Made by a program: the position numbers and the translations under genes. This document shows, in pieces, positions 41,407-50,479 of a stretch of 64,000 nt of DNA. Numbering within the stretch: position 1 is the first letter of the stretch; each line of letters opens with the position of its first letter. The notes beneath the pieces were generated by a model that was not told the DNA's origin, ran no database searches, and saw nothing but the letters and a program-made list of their open reading frames with translations. Source of the stretch: a candidate division FCPU426 bacterium (lineage in GTDB: Bacteria; Oederibacteriota; Muellerivitia; Muellerivitales; Muellerivitaceae); contig CAVYSE010000003.1 of NCBI GenBank assembly GCA_963771075.1, forward strand, positions 288,001 to 352,000. Reading direction: 5' to 3'.

Positions 41407-42948
41407 TTAACCATTTTTGCCTTCTTGAAGGTGTCTCTGTGTCTCCGTGTCTCCGTGGTAAATGTTTGAATTGTTTTTCTTCAAATCCGTTAGGACTTTC
41501 CGGGCCTCTTCCCGGTCGTCAAAATGGGTTTTCCGGTCCCCGATGATCTGGTAGGTTTCGTGTCCCTTGCCGGCGATGAGCACCAAATCGCCCCTGCCGG
41601 CTCGGGTCAGCGCCAGGCGGATCGCCTTCCGCCGGTCCTCTTGCACGAGAACGGTCCGGTTCTTGCCTTGCGTCCTTCCCTTCGGAATTCCCGCCAGGAT
41701 GTCATTCAGGATGGTCTTGGGCTTCTCAGTGCGGGGATTGTCGGAAGTCACCACCGTGAGATCCGCCAAAGCGGAGGAAATCCTTCCCATGAGCGGCCGC
41801 TTCGTCTTGTCCCGGTCACCGCCGCAGCCGAAAACCGAAATGAGCTTCCGTCCAGAGGTCTGGTCAAGGATTTGCCGGGAGGCGATCAGCGCTTGTTCCA
41901 AGGCATCGGAGGTATGGGCGTAATCCACCAATACGGTGAAATCCTGCCCGGCTTTTACGGCCTCGAACCGGCCCGGCACGGCCGGGGCTTGCGCCAGGCC
42001 CTTGCGCAAGACTTCCCAGGAGAAACCCAATTCCCGAAGGACCGCCAGGGCGGCCAGGGAGTTGTAAATATTAAAGAGCCCCGTCAGGGGCACCTCAAAG
42101 GAATGGCCCTGAAGGGTGAAGGAACTATGGCCGGGGTGGAGCTGAATATTCTGGGCCTGGTAAAGGCAGGAAGTTTTGATGCCATAGCCGACGGCCCGGG
42201 GACCCAGTAACCGGATGAGTTTTTTGCCATAGGCGTCATCGGCGTTAACGACCCGGGTTCGGACCGAGCCGAACCCCGTGAAAAGGATTTGCTTCGCTTT
42301 GAAATAATTGGAAAAGGTCTTGTGGAAATCCAGGTGGTCCCGCCCCAGGTTGGTGAATACCGCTCCTTGGAATTCCACGCCCGCGACCCTCTTTTGGACC
42401 AGCGAGTGGGAGGATACTTCCATCACCGCGTGGGAACACTTCGCCCTTTCCATCTCGGAGAGCAGGCGGTTGACGATCAGGGAGGAAGGGGTCGTGTTGG
42501 GGGCCTCATACCGCTTCTTCCCGACTTGATAGGAAATGGTCCCGAGAAGGCCGGTCTTTTTCCCCGCCTTTTCTAGCAGGTGGCGAATAAGGAAGGTCGT
42601 GGTGGTCTTTCCCTTGGTGCCGGTCACGCCGATGACCTTCACCCTTCGGGATGGGTTTCGATAGAAGGCTTTGCAGGCCATCGCCAGGGCTTCCCGGCCG
42701 TCGGACACCACCACCTGGGGGGCGTTCAAGCCCTGGATGGGCTTTTTCTCGACGACCACGCAGGCGGCGCCCTTCCCCACGGCTTCCATGGCGAAGTTCC
42801 GCCCGTCGGTTTTGAACCCGGGCAGGCAGAAAAAGAGGTCGCCCCTTCGCGCGTTTTTGGAGTTCTCGCTCAAACCCGAGATGGGAGTTTCGACGGACCC
42901 CATCCCATAGGAAGCCTTCATGGCTTTTAATAAGAGGGAGAGTTTCAT
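41407..42948 (-). CDS. murE: UDP-MurNAc-dipeptide--diaminopimelate ligase
   Basis: TGTKGKTT, MEVSSH, DYAHT, FGCGGDRD, DNPR (mDAP-type), AGKGHE; the C-terminus reads through a REP repeat (HGDTETQR). Confidence 0.97.
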   Translation of the reverse strand: MKLSLLLKAMKASYGMGSVETPISGLSENSKNARRGDLFFCLPGFKTDGRNFAMEAVGKGAACVVVEKKPIQGLNAPQVVVSDGREALAMACKAFYRNPSRRVKVIGVTGTKGKTTTTFLIRHLLEKAGKKTGLLGTISYQVGKKRYEAPNTTPSSLIVNRLLSEMERAKCSHAVMEVSSHSLVQKRVAGVEFQGAVFTNLGRDHLDFHKTFSNYFKAKQILFTGFGSVRTRVVNADDAYGKKLIRLLGPRAVGYGIKTSCLYQAQNIQLHPGHSSFTLQGHSFEVPLTGLFNIYNSLAALAVLRELGFSWEVLRKGLAQAPAVPGRFEAVKAGQDFTVLVDYAHTSDALEQALIASRQILDQTSGRKLISVFGCGGDRDKTKRPLMGRISSALADLTVVTSDNPRTEKPKTILNDILAGIPKGRTQGKNRTVLVQEDRRKAIRLALTRAGRGDLVLIAGKGHETYQIIGDRKTHFDDREEARKVLTDLKKNNSNIYHGDTETQRHLQEGKNG

Positions 42949-45149
42949 GAGTGCCCACCCTGGGGAAGGTCCGCCCTGACCGAGGGAAGGTCACAGCTCA
43001 AGTCGCAGGCGTTGACCGCCTTGAGGGACCGGCCGACGGGGGGGAACTGGACCCGGACGATCCCCTCACCCGTGAAATTCACCCTTAATCCCAGGGGAGC
43101 CAGCAGGGCGAGGGCTTGGCGTTTGGTCTTGCCCCGCAGGTCGGGCATCACGCCCGGGGGAGGGACATTCGCCCCGTTCATCGAAACACCCTTTCCGTCG
43201 ACGGTGTTCGGCGGGGCGTTCGAACGGGCGGTGCCCGCGGGGGCGGATCCCAGGATGAGGGTCACGCCGATGGAGTTTTTGGGGTCCTCCAGGGTATAGG
43301 TTCCGGCCAAGGGGGTCTGGGCTACGATCCGGCTTCCCTTGCCCGTGAACTTGTACTTCACCTGCTTATCCTTCGCCAGTTGGAGCCCCTGGACGCGGGT
43401 AAGCCCCAGGAATGAGGGAAGTTCCCGGTGGATGACGGCGATTTCATCCGCGTCCGTTTTTACGGCGGGCACCAGGGCATAGGCCAGGGCCCGCTTGGCG
43501 ACTTCCTTAAATACGGGCCCCGCGGTGTAACCGCCCCAATAGATTCCCCTCGGGTCATCCAGCGAGCAGTAGATCACGTATTTGGGGTTGTCGGCGGGAA
43601 CAAACCCCACGAAGGAGGAAACGTAATTGTTCGTGGCGTAATGGCCGTTCATGAATTTATAGGCCGTCCCCGTCTTGCCCGCGATGGGGTAGGCGGGCAG
43701 GTCCACCGCGGTGCCGGTACCGTATTGGACCACCCAGCGCAACATGGCGGTGAGACGCTGGGCGGTTTTCTCCGAGCAGATCCGCTTCCCCTTCTCGGGC
43801 GCAAAGCTTTTCACCACCGCTCCCGTCTTGCTCACCAGGGCCTTAACCAGGGTAGGCTTCATCATGACGCCCCCGTTGGCGATGGCCGCGTAAGCCCGAA
43901 GGATCTGGATGGGCGTGGCCGAGACCTCGTAACCGTAGGGGATGGTGGTCATGGAGGTTCCGCTCCATTGCGCCACGGGCCGGAGCTTCCCCGAAGCCTC
44001 GCCGGGCAGGTCGATGCCGGTCGGCTCCCCAAAGCCCAGGCGCTGGCAATAGCGGTACAGGTTGTCCTTGCCCAGTTTGGCCCCCACCTTCACCATGCCG
44101 ATGTTGGAGGAATAGCCGAAAACCTCCCGGAAGGTCAGCCAACCGTGTTTTTCATGGTCGGTGACCACCCGCCCGTAATCGGTGCGGAAGGCGCCGTTCT
44201 CGCAGAAAAACTTGTCGTCCTCATTAACTACGCCCTCCTCCAGGGCGCCCAGGGCCGTCACCAGTTTGAAGGTAGAGCCCGGCTCGAACTCGTCATTGAC
44301 CATGCGGTCGCGGTAAAGCTCAGGGGAATAGGAAGTGAAATGGTTCGGGTCGAAGGTGGGGAAATTGGCCAGGGCCAGGATTTCCCCGGTCTTGGGGTTC
44401 ATGACCGCGATGGAGGCGGCCTTACAGCGGTATTTCTCGAAGGCCTTCTGCAACTCCACTTGGGCCACGTGCTGGAGGGTGGCGTCCAGGGTGGTGACCA
44501 CGTTCAGGCCGTCCCGGCTCTGCTTTTTCTGGATATTGTCGGAGGACACCAGCCGGCCCCGGGCGTCCCTTTCCGCCATGACCAGGCCTTTCTGGCCCGC
44601 CAGGTCCTTTTCGTAGTAGCGCTCCAGGCCGTTCAAACCCTGGTGGTCCAGGCCGGTGAAGCCCAGCGCCTGGGCCGCCATATCTCGGTCGGGGTAAAAG
44701 CGCCGTTCTTCCCGCGAGGCTTCGACGCCCTGGAGCTTCAAGCTTTCCACGGCCTGGGAGCGCTCGAAGGGAACCTCCCGGGCCAGCCAGATGAAGGACT
44801 TTTCCCCGGAGAGCTTGGAAAGGATAAAACCGTAGGACAACCCGAGCGCGTTGGAAAGCACCGCCGCGGTGCGGGGCTTGTCCTGGATCTGGTCGGGATG
44901 GGCGCAAACGTTGTAGAGGTCGATGTTCATGGCCAAGAGCACGCCGTCCCGGTCCTCGATGAATCCCCGGGAGGGCTCGGTTTCCTTGGAGGTGTACTGC
45001 TGGTGGAAGGCGTATTGGCTGTACTCGCCGTGCTTGAGGACCTGAAGGTACACCAGGCGTCCCTCCACGCCCAACAGGGCGAGGAAGATCACCGTTTCCA
45101 ATAACCACAACCGCTGGTGGAATGGGGAGAGGGACGCGCGCGGGCTCAC
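42945..45149 (-). CDS. ftsI: Class B penicillin-binding protein FtsI/PBP3 with C-terminal PASTA domains
   Basis: RG.I.DRDG, EPGSTFK, SSN, AGKTGTA; two PASTA-like repeats (LPSFLG, MPDLRG); GTG start overlaps the ftsL stop. Confidence 0.93.
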   Translation of the reverse strand: MSPRASLSPFHQRLWLLETVIFLALLGVEGRLVYLQVLKHGEYSQYAFHQQYTSKETEPSRGFIEDRDGVLLAMNIDLYNVCAHPDQIQDKPRTAAVLSNALGLSYGFILSKLSGEKSFIWLAREVPFERSQAVESLKLQGVEASREERRFYPDRDMAAQALGFTGLDHQGLNGLERYYEKDLAGQKGLVMAERDARGRLVSSDNIQKKQSRDGLNVVTTLDATLQHVAQVELQKAFEKYRCKAASIAVMNPKTGEILALANFPTFDPNHFTSYSPELYRDRMVNDEFEPGSTFKLVTALGALEEGVVNEDDKFFCENGAFRTDYGRVVTDHEKHGWLTFREVFGYSSNIGMVKVGAKLGKDNLYRYCQRLGFGEPTGIDLPGEASGKLRPVAQWSGTSMTTIPYGYEVSATPIQILRAYAAIANGGVMMKPTLVKALVSKTGAVVKSFAPEKGKRICSEKTAQRLTAMLRWVVQYGTGTAVDLPAYPIAGKTGTAYKFMNGHYATNNYVSSFVGFVPADNPKYVIYCSLDDPRGIYWGGYTAGPVFKEVAKRALAYALVPAVKTDADEIAVIHRELPSFLGLTRVQGLQLAKDKQVKYKFTGKGSRIVAQTPLAGTYTLEDPKNSIGVTLILGSAPAGTARSNAPPNTVDGKGVSMNGANVPPPGVMPDLRGKTKRQALALLAPLGLRVNFTGEGIVRVQFPPVGRSLKAVNACDLSCDLPSVRADLPQGGHS

Positions 45150-45583
45150 AGCTTGCCTCCCCGGCCCATGAATCGGGTCCACCAGCCGAGCCACTGGGGC
45201 ATGACCGAACCGCCGTCCGGGAGGATGACCACCTGCGAGGTGCTCGGCGTCACCATCCCCAGTTGGTTGCGGGCGATGGATTCCACCTTGGCCATGCTGT
45301 CCACGTCGTACATGCGGTACTTGAGGTAATAGTACTCGTTGGTCAGGGATTGCTTTTGGGCCTTCAGGACCTGGACCTCATAGGCCAGCTTCACGACCTG
45401 CATGCGCTGCCACACGATGGCGAAGAGGACCAGGCTCAGGGCCAGGATGCCCCAAAAAGTTCCCTTGTATTCCCTGCGCTTCAGGGCGCTTGCCAGGTTG
45501 CTGCGCCAGAAGAGCCCGTTTTGGAGGGCCTCTCCGGCCGTGCCCAGGACCCGGTCCTTCATTTGGGTGGCGGCGCCGTTCAA
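45146..45583 (-). CDS. ftsL: Cell division protein FtsL
   Basis: Single TM, coiled coil, VESIARNQLGMVTP; located between rsmH and ftsI. Confidence 0.85.
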   Translation of the reverse strand: MNGAATQMKDRVLGTAGEALQNGLFWRSNLASALKRREYKGTFWGILALSLVLFAIVWQRMQVVKLAYEVQVLKAQKQSLTNEYYYLKYRMYDVDSMAKVESIARNQLGMVTPSTSQVVILPDGGSVMPQWLGWWTRFMGRGGKL

Positions 45584-46524
45584 GAAGCGCCTCCCGGAGC
45601 GAGTTTTTCCGCCGCCCGCAGCTTGGCGCTTCGGGAACGGGGATTCTCGGAAATTTCCGCCTCGGACGGGGAAATGGGTTTGCCCGTCAGGATCTTCAGG
45701 GAGGCCTTATGCCCGCAAACGCACATCGGGATGTCGGGGGGACAGATACAGTCGATGGACTCGCGCTTGAAAGTCTGCTTCACGATGCGGTCCTCAAGGG
45801 AATGGAAGGTGATGACCGCCAGGCGGCCCCCCGGCTTGAGGACGGAGAAAACGGAACGCAGTCCCTTTTGGAGGACTTCCAGCTCCCGGTTCACTTCGAT
45901 CCGGAGGGCCTGGAACAGGCGGGTAGCGGGGTGTTTGGAATCACGGCCCTGGGGACGGCCCAAAACCTTTTTGGCCAGGTCGGCCAGCTGGGAAGTGGTG
46001 CGCAGGGGTTCTTCCGCCCGGGCTCTCACGATGGCTCGGGCCAGGGCGCGGGCCTTGGGCTCCTCGCCGAACTCGAAAAAGATTTTGGAAAGCTTTTCTT
46101 CGGGATAGTTGTTGAGGACTTCGGAGGCGGTGAACCCCGCGGCTTGGTCCATGCGCATATCGAGGGGACCCTCGTTCATGAAGGAAAAGCCCCGTGCGGG
46201 TGTGTCCAATTGATAGGAGGATACGCCAATATCCATCAACACGCTGTCAACCTCGTTTACGGAAAGGTCTTTCAGCACCCACAGGAGGTCGGCGAAGTTA
46301 GCCTTGTACAGGGAGACCCGCGGGTCGCCCTGGAGTGCCAGGCCAGCGTGTTGTAGGGCATCGACATCCTGATCCAAACCGATCAACCGGCCCCGCGGAA
46401 GCCGTTTCAACAGCTCCGAGGCGTGGCCGCCCATCCCGACCGTTAAATCCAAAACCACCCCGTCGGGCGGGGGTGAAAGGGCTTCGACCGCTTCCATCAT
46501 CAGTACGGGCCGGTGAACGCTCAT
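45580..46524 (-). CDS. rsmH: 16S rRNA m4C1402 methyltransferase
   Basis: HRPVL, GMGGH, GVSSYQLD..RGFSF, LDMRM, FQALRIEVN, FHSLEDR, NPRSRSAKLR. Confidence 0.98.
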   Translation of the reverse strand: MSVHRPVLMMEAVEALSPPPDGVVLDLTVGMGGHASELLKRLPRGRLIGLDQDVDALQHAGLALQGDPRVSLYKANFADLLWVLKDLSVNEVDSVLMDIGVSSYQLDTPARGFSFMNEGPLDMRMDQAAGFTASEVLNNYPEEKLSKIFFEFGEEPKARALARAIVRARAEEPLRTTSQLADLAKKVLGRPQGRDSKHPATRLFQALRIEVNRELEVLQKGLRSVFSVLKPGGRLAVITFHSLEDRIVKQTFKRESIDCICPPDIPMCVCGHKASLKILTGKPISPSEAEISENPRSRSAKLRAAEKLAPGGAS

Positions 46525-46634
46525 CGCTCGGCGGCCTTCACCCGCGTTACGCGCGAACCGCGCGCGCTGGAAACGGGGAGACCCGGGGAATTCAAGGTTC
46601 CCCTCGTCACGGCGCTTCCACGGATGGGTTTCAT
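46521..46634 (-). CDS. Putative 37-aa leader ORF overlapping the rsmH start (ATGA)
   Basis: AAGGAAA SD, MKPIRGSAVTRGTLNSPGLPVSSARGSRVTRVKAAER*; its stop overlaps the rsmH ATG. Confidence 0.35.
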   Translation of the reverse strand: MKPIRGSAVTRGTLNSPGLPVSSARGSRVTRVKAAER

Positions 46635-46751
46635 TTTTTCCTTGGGCACTTCCCTTTAATCGCGTTGGAGTGGGTGTCGATCAGCTCGGCGTCATCTCTC
46701 GACTGCTTGCGGCGAACCAAAATCCCCGTCTGGGTGTTGGACGGACCTTGT

Positions 46752-47090
46752 TTAGTTCTCGAACCGGGCGACCGCCAGGTCCTCGTTGGACACCATGTCG
46801 AAATAGCCGAAGGCCCCGACCAGCTTAAAAAGGTTGGCGACGTAGGGCGCCACGGCGACAAGCTTGATCTCCCCGCCCAAGCCGCGCAGGCGGAAATGTT
46901 TCTCGGTCAGTTTCGAGATCCCGTCCAGGGCCACATGGTTGACCTGGCGGAAATTCAGGATGACCTTGGTTTTCCCCTTGATGGAAAGGTCCGACAGGAC
47001 GCGAATCAAGCCATCCATGTCCTGGAGGGACAGGTCCCCCGCCAGGCGCAGTACGGTCACGGTCTCTTCCGGCTCTAAAGCGACGGCCAC
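46752..47090 (-). CDS. STAS-domain protein (atypical anti-sigma-antagonist fold)
   Basis: VLRLAGDL, KVILNFRQVNHV, GGEIKLV; GAGGGG SD. Confidence 0.85.
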   Translation of the reverse strand: MAVALEPEETVTVLRLAGDLSLQDMDGLIRVLSDLSIKGKTKVILNFRQVNHVALDGISKLTEKHFRLRGLGGEIKLVAVAPYVANLFKLVGAFGYFDMVSNEDLAVARFEN

Positions 47091-47118
47091 GGTTCACCCC
47101 CCTCGTTTTTCCAGCGTT

Positions 47119-47469
47119 TCAAGCGATGGCCGGCATCCGGCCGGTCTTTTCCATCATGACCTCGACGGTGGGATAAACATCGAACACGGTTTCGACCCCC
47201 ATGGTCCGAAACAGGTGCGCCAACCGGCTGTTCAACCCCACGATCTTCAGGTCCCCCCTCTTGAAGCGAACCTGCCCCCAGTGATTCACCAGGATCCCCA
47301 AGCCACTGGCGTTCATGAAACCCACGTCCTTCAAATTGAGCACCAAGTGGCGGTAACCCTTGATCATCAGGGTATCGATGGCCTGCCCCAGGGCGGCCAG
47401 GTCTTCCTCGCTCAAATCCCCGCTCACATGGATAAGGGAGAATTTTTCCTTGATCTCGATGCCGATCAT
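47119..47469 (-). CDS. STAS-domain protein (anti-sigma factor antagonist-like)
   Basis: HVSGDL, LVLNLKDVGFMNASGLG, GDLKIVGL; AAGGAGG SD overlapping the mraZ stop. Confidence 0.88.
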   Translation of the reverse strand: MIGIEIKEKFSLIHVSGDLSEEDLAALGQAIDTLMIKGYRHLVLNLKDVGFMNASGLGILVNHWGQVRFKRGDLKIVGLNSRLAHLFRTMGVETVFDVYPTVEVMMEKTGRMPAIA

Positions 47470-47483
47470 CCGGTTCGCCCTCC

Positions 47484-47951
47484 TTATAGGCTGATGGATT
47501 GGATACCCTTGTCGGACAATTTCTGCGCCAGGTTTTCCAGCGATTGCGCGGACTGGGACGTTTGGGCGTGATAGTTCTCGTATTGCTCTTTGTCCCAGAT
47601 CTCGATGTGCTGTAACATACCCATGATCACCACGCTCTTGCTGATGCCCGCTTCCTTGCGCAAGACCGGGGAGATCATGATGCGGCCCTGCGTATCGATC
47701 TGAATTTCGTCCGTGGCCCGAAGGAGGGTTCTTTGTAAAAGCCGGACCTCGGAGCTCAGGCTGTCGAGGGAGGACAACTTCTCCTCGATTTTTTTCCATA
47801 CATCCTGGGGATAGAGATAAAGGCACTTGTCGAGGCCCAAGGTCAAAACGAGGGGTGTTTCATGTTGATCGCGGATCTGGTCGCGCAAACGCACCGGAAG
47901 AACCGTTCTTCCCTTGTCGTCCACCGAGTTGTAATAGGTTCCGCGAAACAT
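47484..47951 (-). CDS. mraZ: Division/cell wall cluster transcriptional repressor
   Basis: MFRGTYYNSVDDKGR, GLDKCLYLYP, DTQGRI, HIEIWD. Confidence 0.97.
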   Translation of the reverse strand: MFRGTYYNSVDDKGRTVLPVRLRDQIRDQHETPLVLTLGLDKCLYLYPQDVWKKIEEKLSSLDSLSSEVRLLQRTLLRATDEIQIDTQGRIMISPVLRKEAGISKSVVIMGMLQHIEIWDKEQYENYHAQTSQSAQSLENLAQKLSDKGIQSISL

Positions 47952-48003
47952 GGAAGGCCTTAAAAAGCATTGTTTTATATGGGTTTTGGATAGGTTATAG
48001 GTT

Positions 48004-48040
48004 CTACCACTTCCTACCATAAGTACCCACTTGGCGCCAT
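48004..48040 (-). promoter_or_regulatory. MraZ-binding direct repeats
   Basis: Minus strand ATGG/GTGG/ATGG/GTGG at exact 10-nt spacing upstream of mraZ. Confidence 0.75.
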
Positions 48041-48167
48041 TATTCAAGCTTTTATGGGTATCGTCAAGATTATTTTGTTAAAAACGCATTATTTTACATG
48101 GGTTCTGCGGTGGTAGGTTCAGGCAAGGTTGGCTAGAAAAGGGTAAAAAGTCAGTGCGGAAGGTTAA

Positions 48168-48318
48168 AAGACTATAAAAACAATACCTAATTTCACCACA
48201 GGCCGCCTTTGGCGGCCACAGAGGCACAGAGAAAAACCCTTCTAAATTTAGGGATTTTAACCTATTTGGCCGGGTTTACTCTGTGTCTCCGTGTCTCTGT
48301 GGTAAATATTGGGTGTTT
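48168..48318 (-). repeat. Dispersed REP-like repeat, copy 3 (inverted)
   Basis: Reverse complement matches 8740-8888. Confidence 0.85.
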
Positions 48319-48345
48319 TTAGGGATTCTAATCTACGCGGCGAAT

Positions 48346-49440
48346 CTAAAAAGGTTCGCCGATGTCGAACCAAAGCTCGTTGTCGTCGCTTCCGAATCCC
48401 CAATCCAATCGAACGATCGCCCCGAAATAAGGCAGGGGCGTTGAGCGCAAACCTACCTGGACCGACCCGAGCAGGTTGTTGAATGCGCTGTCGGTGATAT
48501 CGCCCATATCCACGGAGAGGGCTCCCCCCACGTAGGGAAAAAGGGGAAAGCGGGCCTCTTCCTGGACCAGCCAAAAATTATTTCCGCGGAATCGGTTGGA
48601 GTTATAACCGCGTAGTTGCCATTCCCCGCCCAGGCTGTAGCGAAAAGAGTAGGAGGGATCTCCGCTGGTGAAACCCACGCGGACTTTCGACACGAGACAA
48701 ATCGGGTCCAGGACCATTTCATAAAGACGGCCTTCCCCTTCCCACTGGAAAACATCCGTTCCGATTCCATCATCCCCATCGGCGGGCAGGGTAAATAGGC
48801 CGATCCTTAAATAACGCCCCATCACCGGCTGGACCGATGGGACCCGGTCGTCGAAACTGGCCTGCACACCCGCTTTCCATTCGGATTCATTTGGAAATAA
48901 AGAGCTGCTCGTCCAACCCCGGTATAAATATTGAAAAGAGGGCCCTAAATAAAAGCCTTTTTCCAATTGAACTTGGAAAAGGCAAGTGCCTTGGTCCAGG
49001 GTACTTTTCAATGTCTGGTATAGATTTGGGGTTTGGTCCCCTTCCCCGTAATAATCCTGGATGTTATCCCCGAAGGTTCCGTTAATTCGAAAAAACCATT
49101 CCCCCGGCCTGTTCCACTTGAGGCCAAAACTAAAATCCGTATAGTCCGTGAAACTGGTCAAAAAGGAAAAGGAAAGATAGCTTTCAGTTTTATTTTCGAT
49201 CAGCTTAAGGCCCGCGCCCAAAACCAGGCCATAAGGACTCATGATGGAAGCGTCCGGAAAAGGCTCCAACCGGAAACTTTCCAATCGGGTTTGGGAGACC
49301 GGTTCTTGGTTGCCAAATGGTGCGGGGGACGAAGCCGAAGGGACCGTAGCATCCCCGGCAAAGGCATGGGGATTCATGAGAAATAGGAAAACCCCTATTG
49401 TGAATGCGGCTCCGGCAAATTTCCGTTTTATGATTCGCAT
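48346..49440 (-). CDS. Omp85/BamA-TamA-like beta-barrel outer membrane protein (no POTRA evident)
   Basis: Signal peptide, LGG..QLRGY (VRGY-like), alternating beta strands, C-terminal IGEPF. Confidence 0.8.
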   Translation of the reverse strand: MRIIKRKFAGAAFTIGVFLFLMNPHAFAGDATVPSASSPAPFGNQEPVSQTRLESFRLEPFPDASIMSPYGLVLGAGLKLIENKTESYLSFSFLTSFTDYTDFSFGLKWNRPGEWFFRINGTFGDNIQDYYGEGDQTPNLYQTLKSTLDQGTCLFQVQLEKGFYLGPSFQYLYRGWTSSSLFPNESEWKAGVQASFDDRVPSVQPVMGRYLRIGLFTLPADGDDGIGTDVFQWEGEGRLYEMVLDPICLVSKVRVGFTSGDPSYSFRYSLGGEWQLRGYNSNRFRGNNFWLVQEEARFPLFPYVGGALSVDMGDITDSAFNNLLGSVQVGLRSTPLPYFGAIVRLDWGFGSDDNELWFDIGEPF

Positions 49441-49725
49441 GGTTCCTTAAATCAGATCACTCTTACTTTGAATTTTCCAAACGGGCACTTCCTTTTGAAT
49501 TCCTACAAGATGGAATCCTCGGGGCATGAAACTTTAATGAGGAAACAACCCAAACGCCAAGGGAAAACGAACCCCCTCGTTTTATTTTCAAAAAAACCAC
49601 AGGCTTGAAAGGCTATCGTTTGCCCAATAATAGGCGCCTTTTTATTGATTTGAATAGTGTCCTCATGGCATATAGAGCCAACTTTTACCTCCATCGCCTG
49701 AAAGCGATCAAGGAAGGCACAATTT

Positions 49726-50091
49726 ATGAATCAGACTTTATTTGGCGAAAAAAGGGCCCATGAAAGGGTCCCCCTCAAGATGCGCGTGCGTTACCGGGTT
49801 TTAGACGAGTTTGTGACCGCCCGAAACGTGAGTGATTTCACGAAAAGCGAGAACCAATCCCAAACCCTGGATACCAGCCTGGGCGGGATTTGCGTTTCCC
49901 AGAGCGGAAATTTAAAACCGGGCAACATCCTGAATTTGAAGCTCATCCTGCCCAATTGCGATGATGTGATCACGGCCTTCGCGGATGTGGTCTGGGCCAA
50001 CGAAATCTTGGCGGGATTGAAATTCCTGGCCGTCAAAGATAAAGACATCGCGCTGTTGAACCAACAGATCCATAAGGTTCAAGTCGCTTAA
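49726..50091 (+). CDS. PilZ domain protein
   Basis: EKRAHERVP (RxxxR) and DTSLGG (DxSxxG). Confidence 0.88.
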   Translation: MNQTLFGEKRAHERVPLKMRVRYRVLDEFVTARNVSDFTKSENQSQTLDTSLGGICVSQSGNLKPGNILNLKLILPNCDDVITAFADVVWANEILAGLKFLAVKDKDIALLNQQIHKVQVA

Positions 50092-50154
50092 TTTCTTTCC
50101 GATCACAAATTCTTAGTTTGTGCCCTTCTTCCCACATGCCTAAATTTTAAATTT

Positions 50155-50420
50155 GGCTCTTTCACGAATTTGCAGATAACCCTTATCGCCAAGGAAGATA
50201 ACCCCCCCCCTTTGAAAAAGGGGGGGCCAGGGGGGTATTAGCCTTTTTGAAATTGGCCTGCAGGGGAATTTTTTTCCAAAAAATCAGGATAAAAACTAAC
50301 TTCCCCCTCCCCCCCTCTTTCAGAGGGGGGAGAAAGCGGTTTTGCCTTACTAGCCTTATTGGCCACGCTTAGCCGCCCAAGGTAATTCTGGGCCACTATC
50401 TACAAATTTAGGAAAGAGCC
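50155..50420. mobile_element. Non-autonomous MITE, ISL3-like ends, 8-bp TSD TTAAATTT
   Basis: TIRs GGCTCTTTCACGAATTTGCAGATA and (reverse complement) GGCTCTTTCCTAAATTTGTAGATA; identical 8-mers at 50147-50154 and 50421-50428; no ORF. Confidence 0.8.
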
Positions 50421-50479
50421 TTAAATTTTATAAGGGATGAGGGACTGTATCTTGGCGTGAGGGTTGTTGCCAGGGCTTC

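Noticed and set aside
27457..46356. Long plus-strand ORFs (e.g. 27457-28548, 33692-34768, 43428-45104, also 10480-11721)
   Set aside because: Antisense shadows of high-GC codon-biased genes, with no recognisable motifs.
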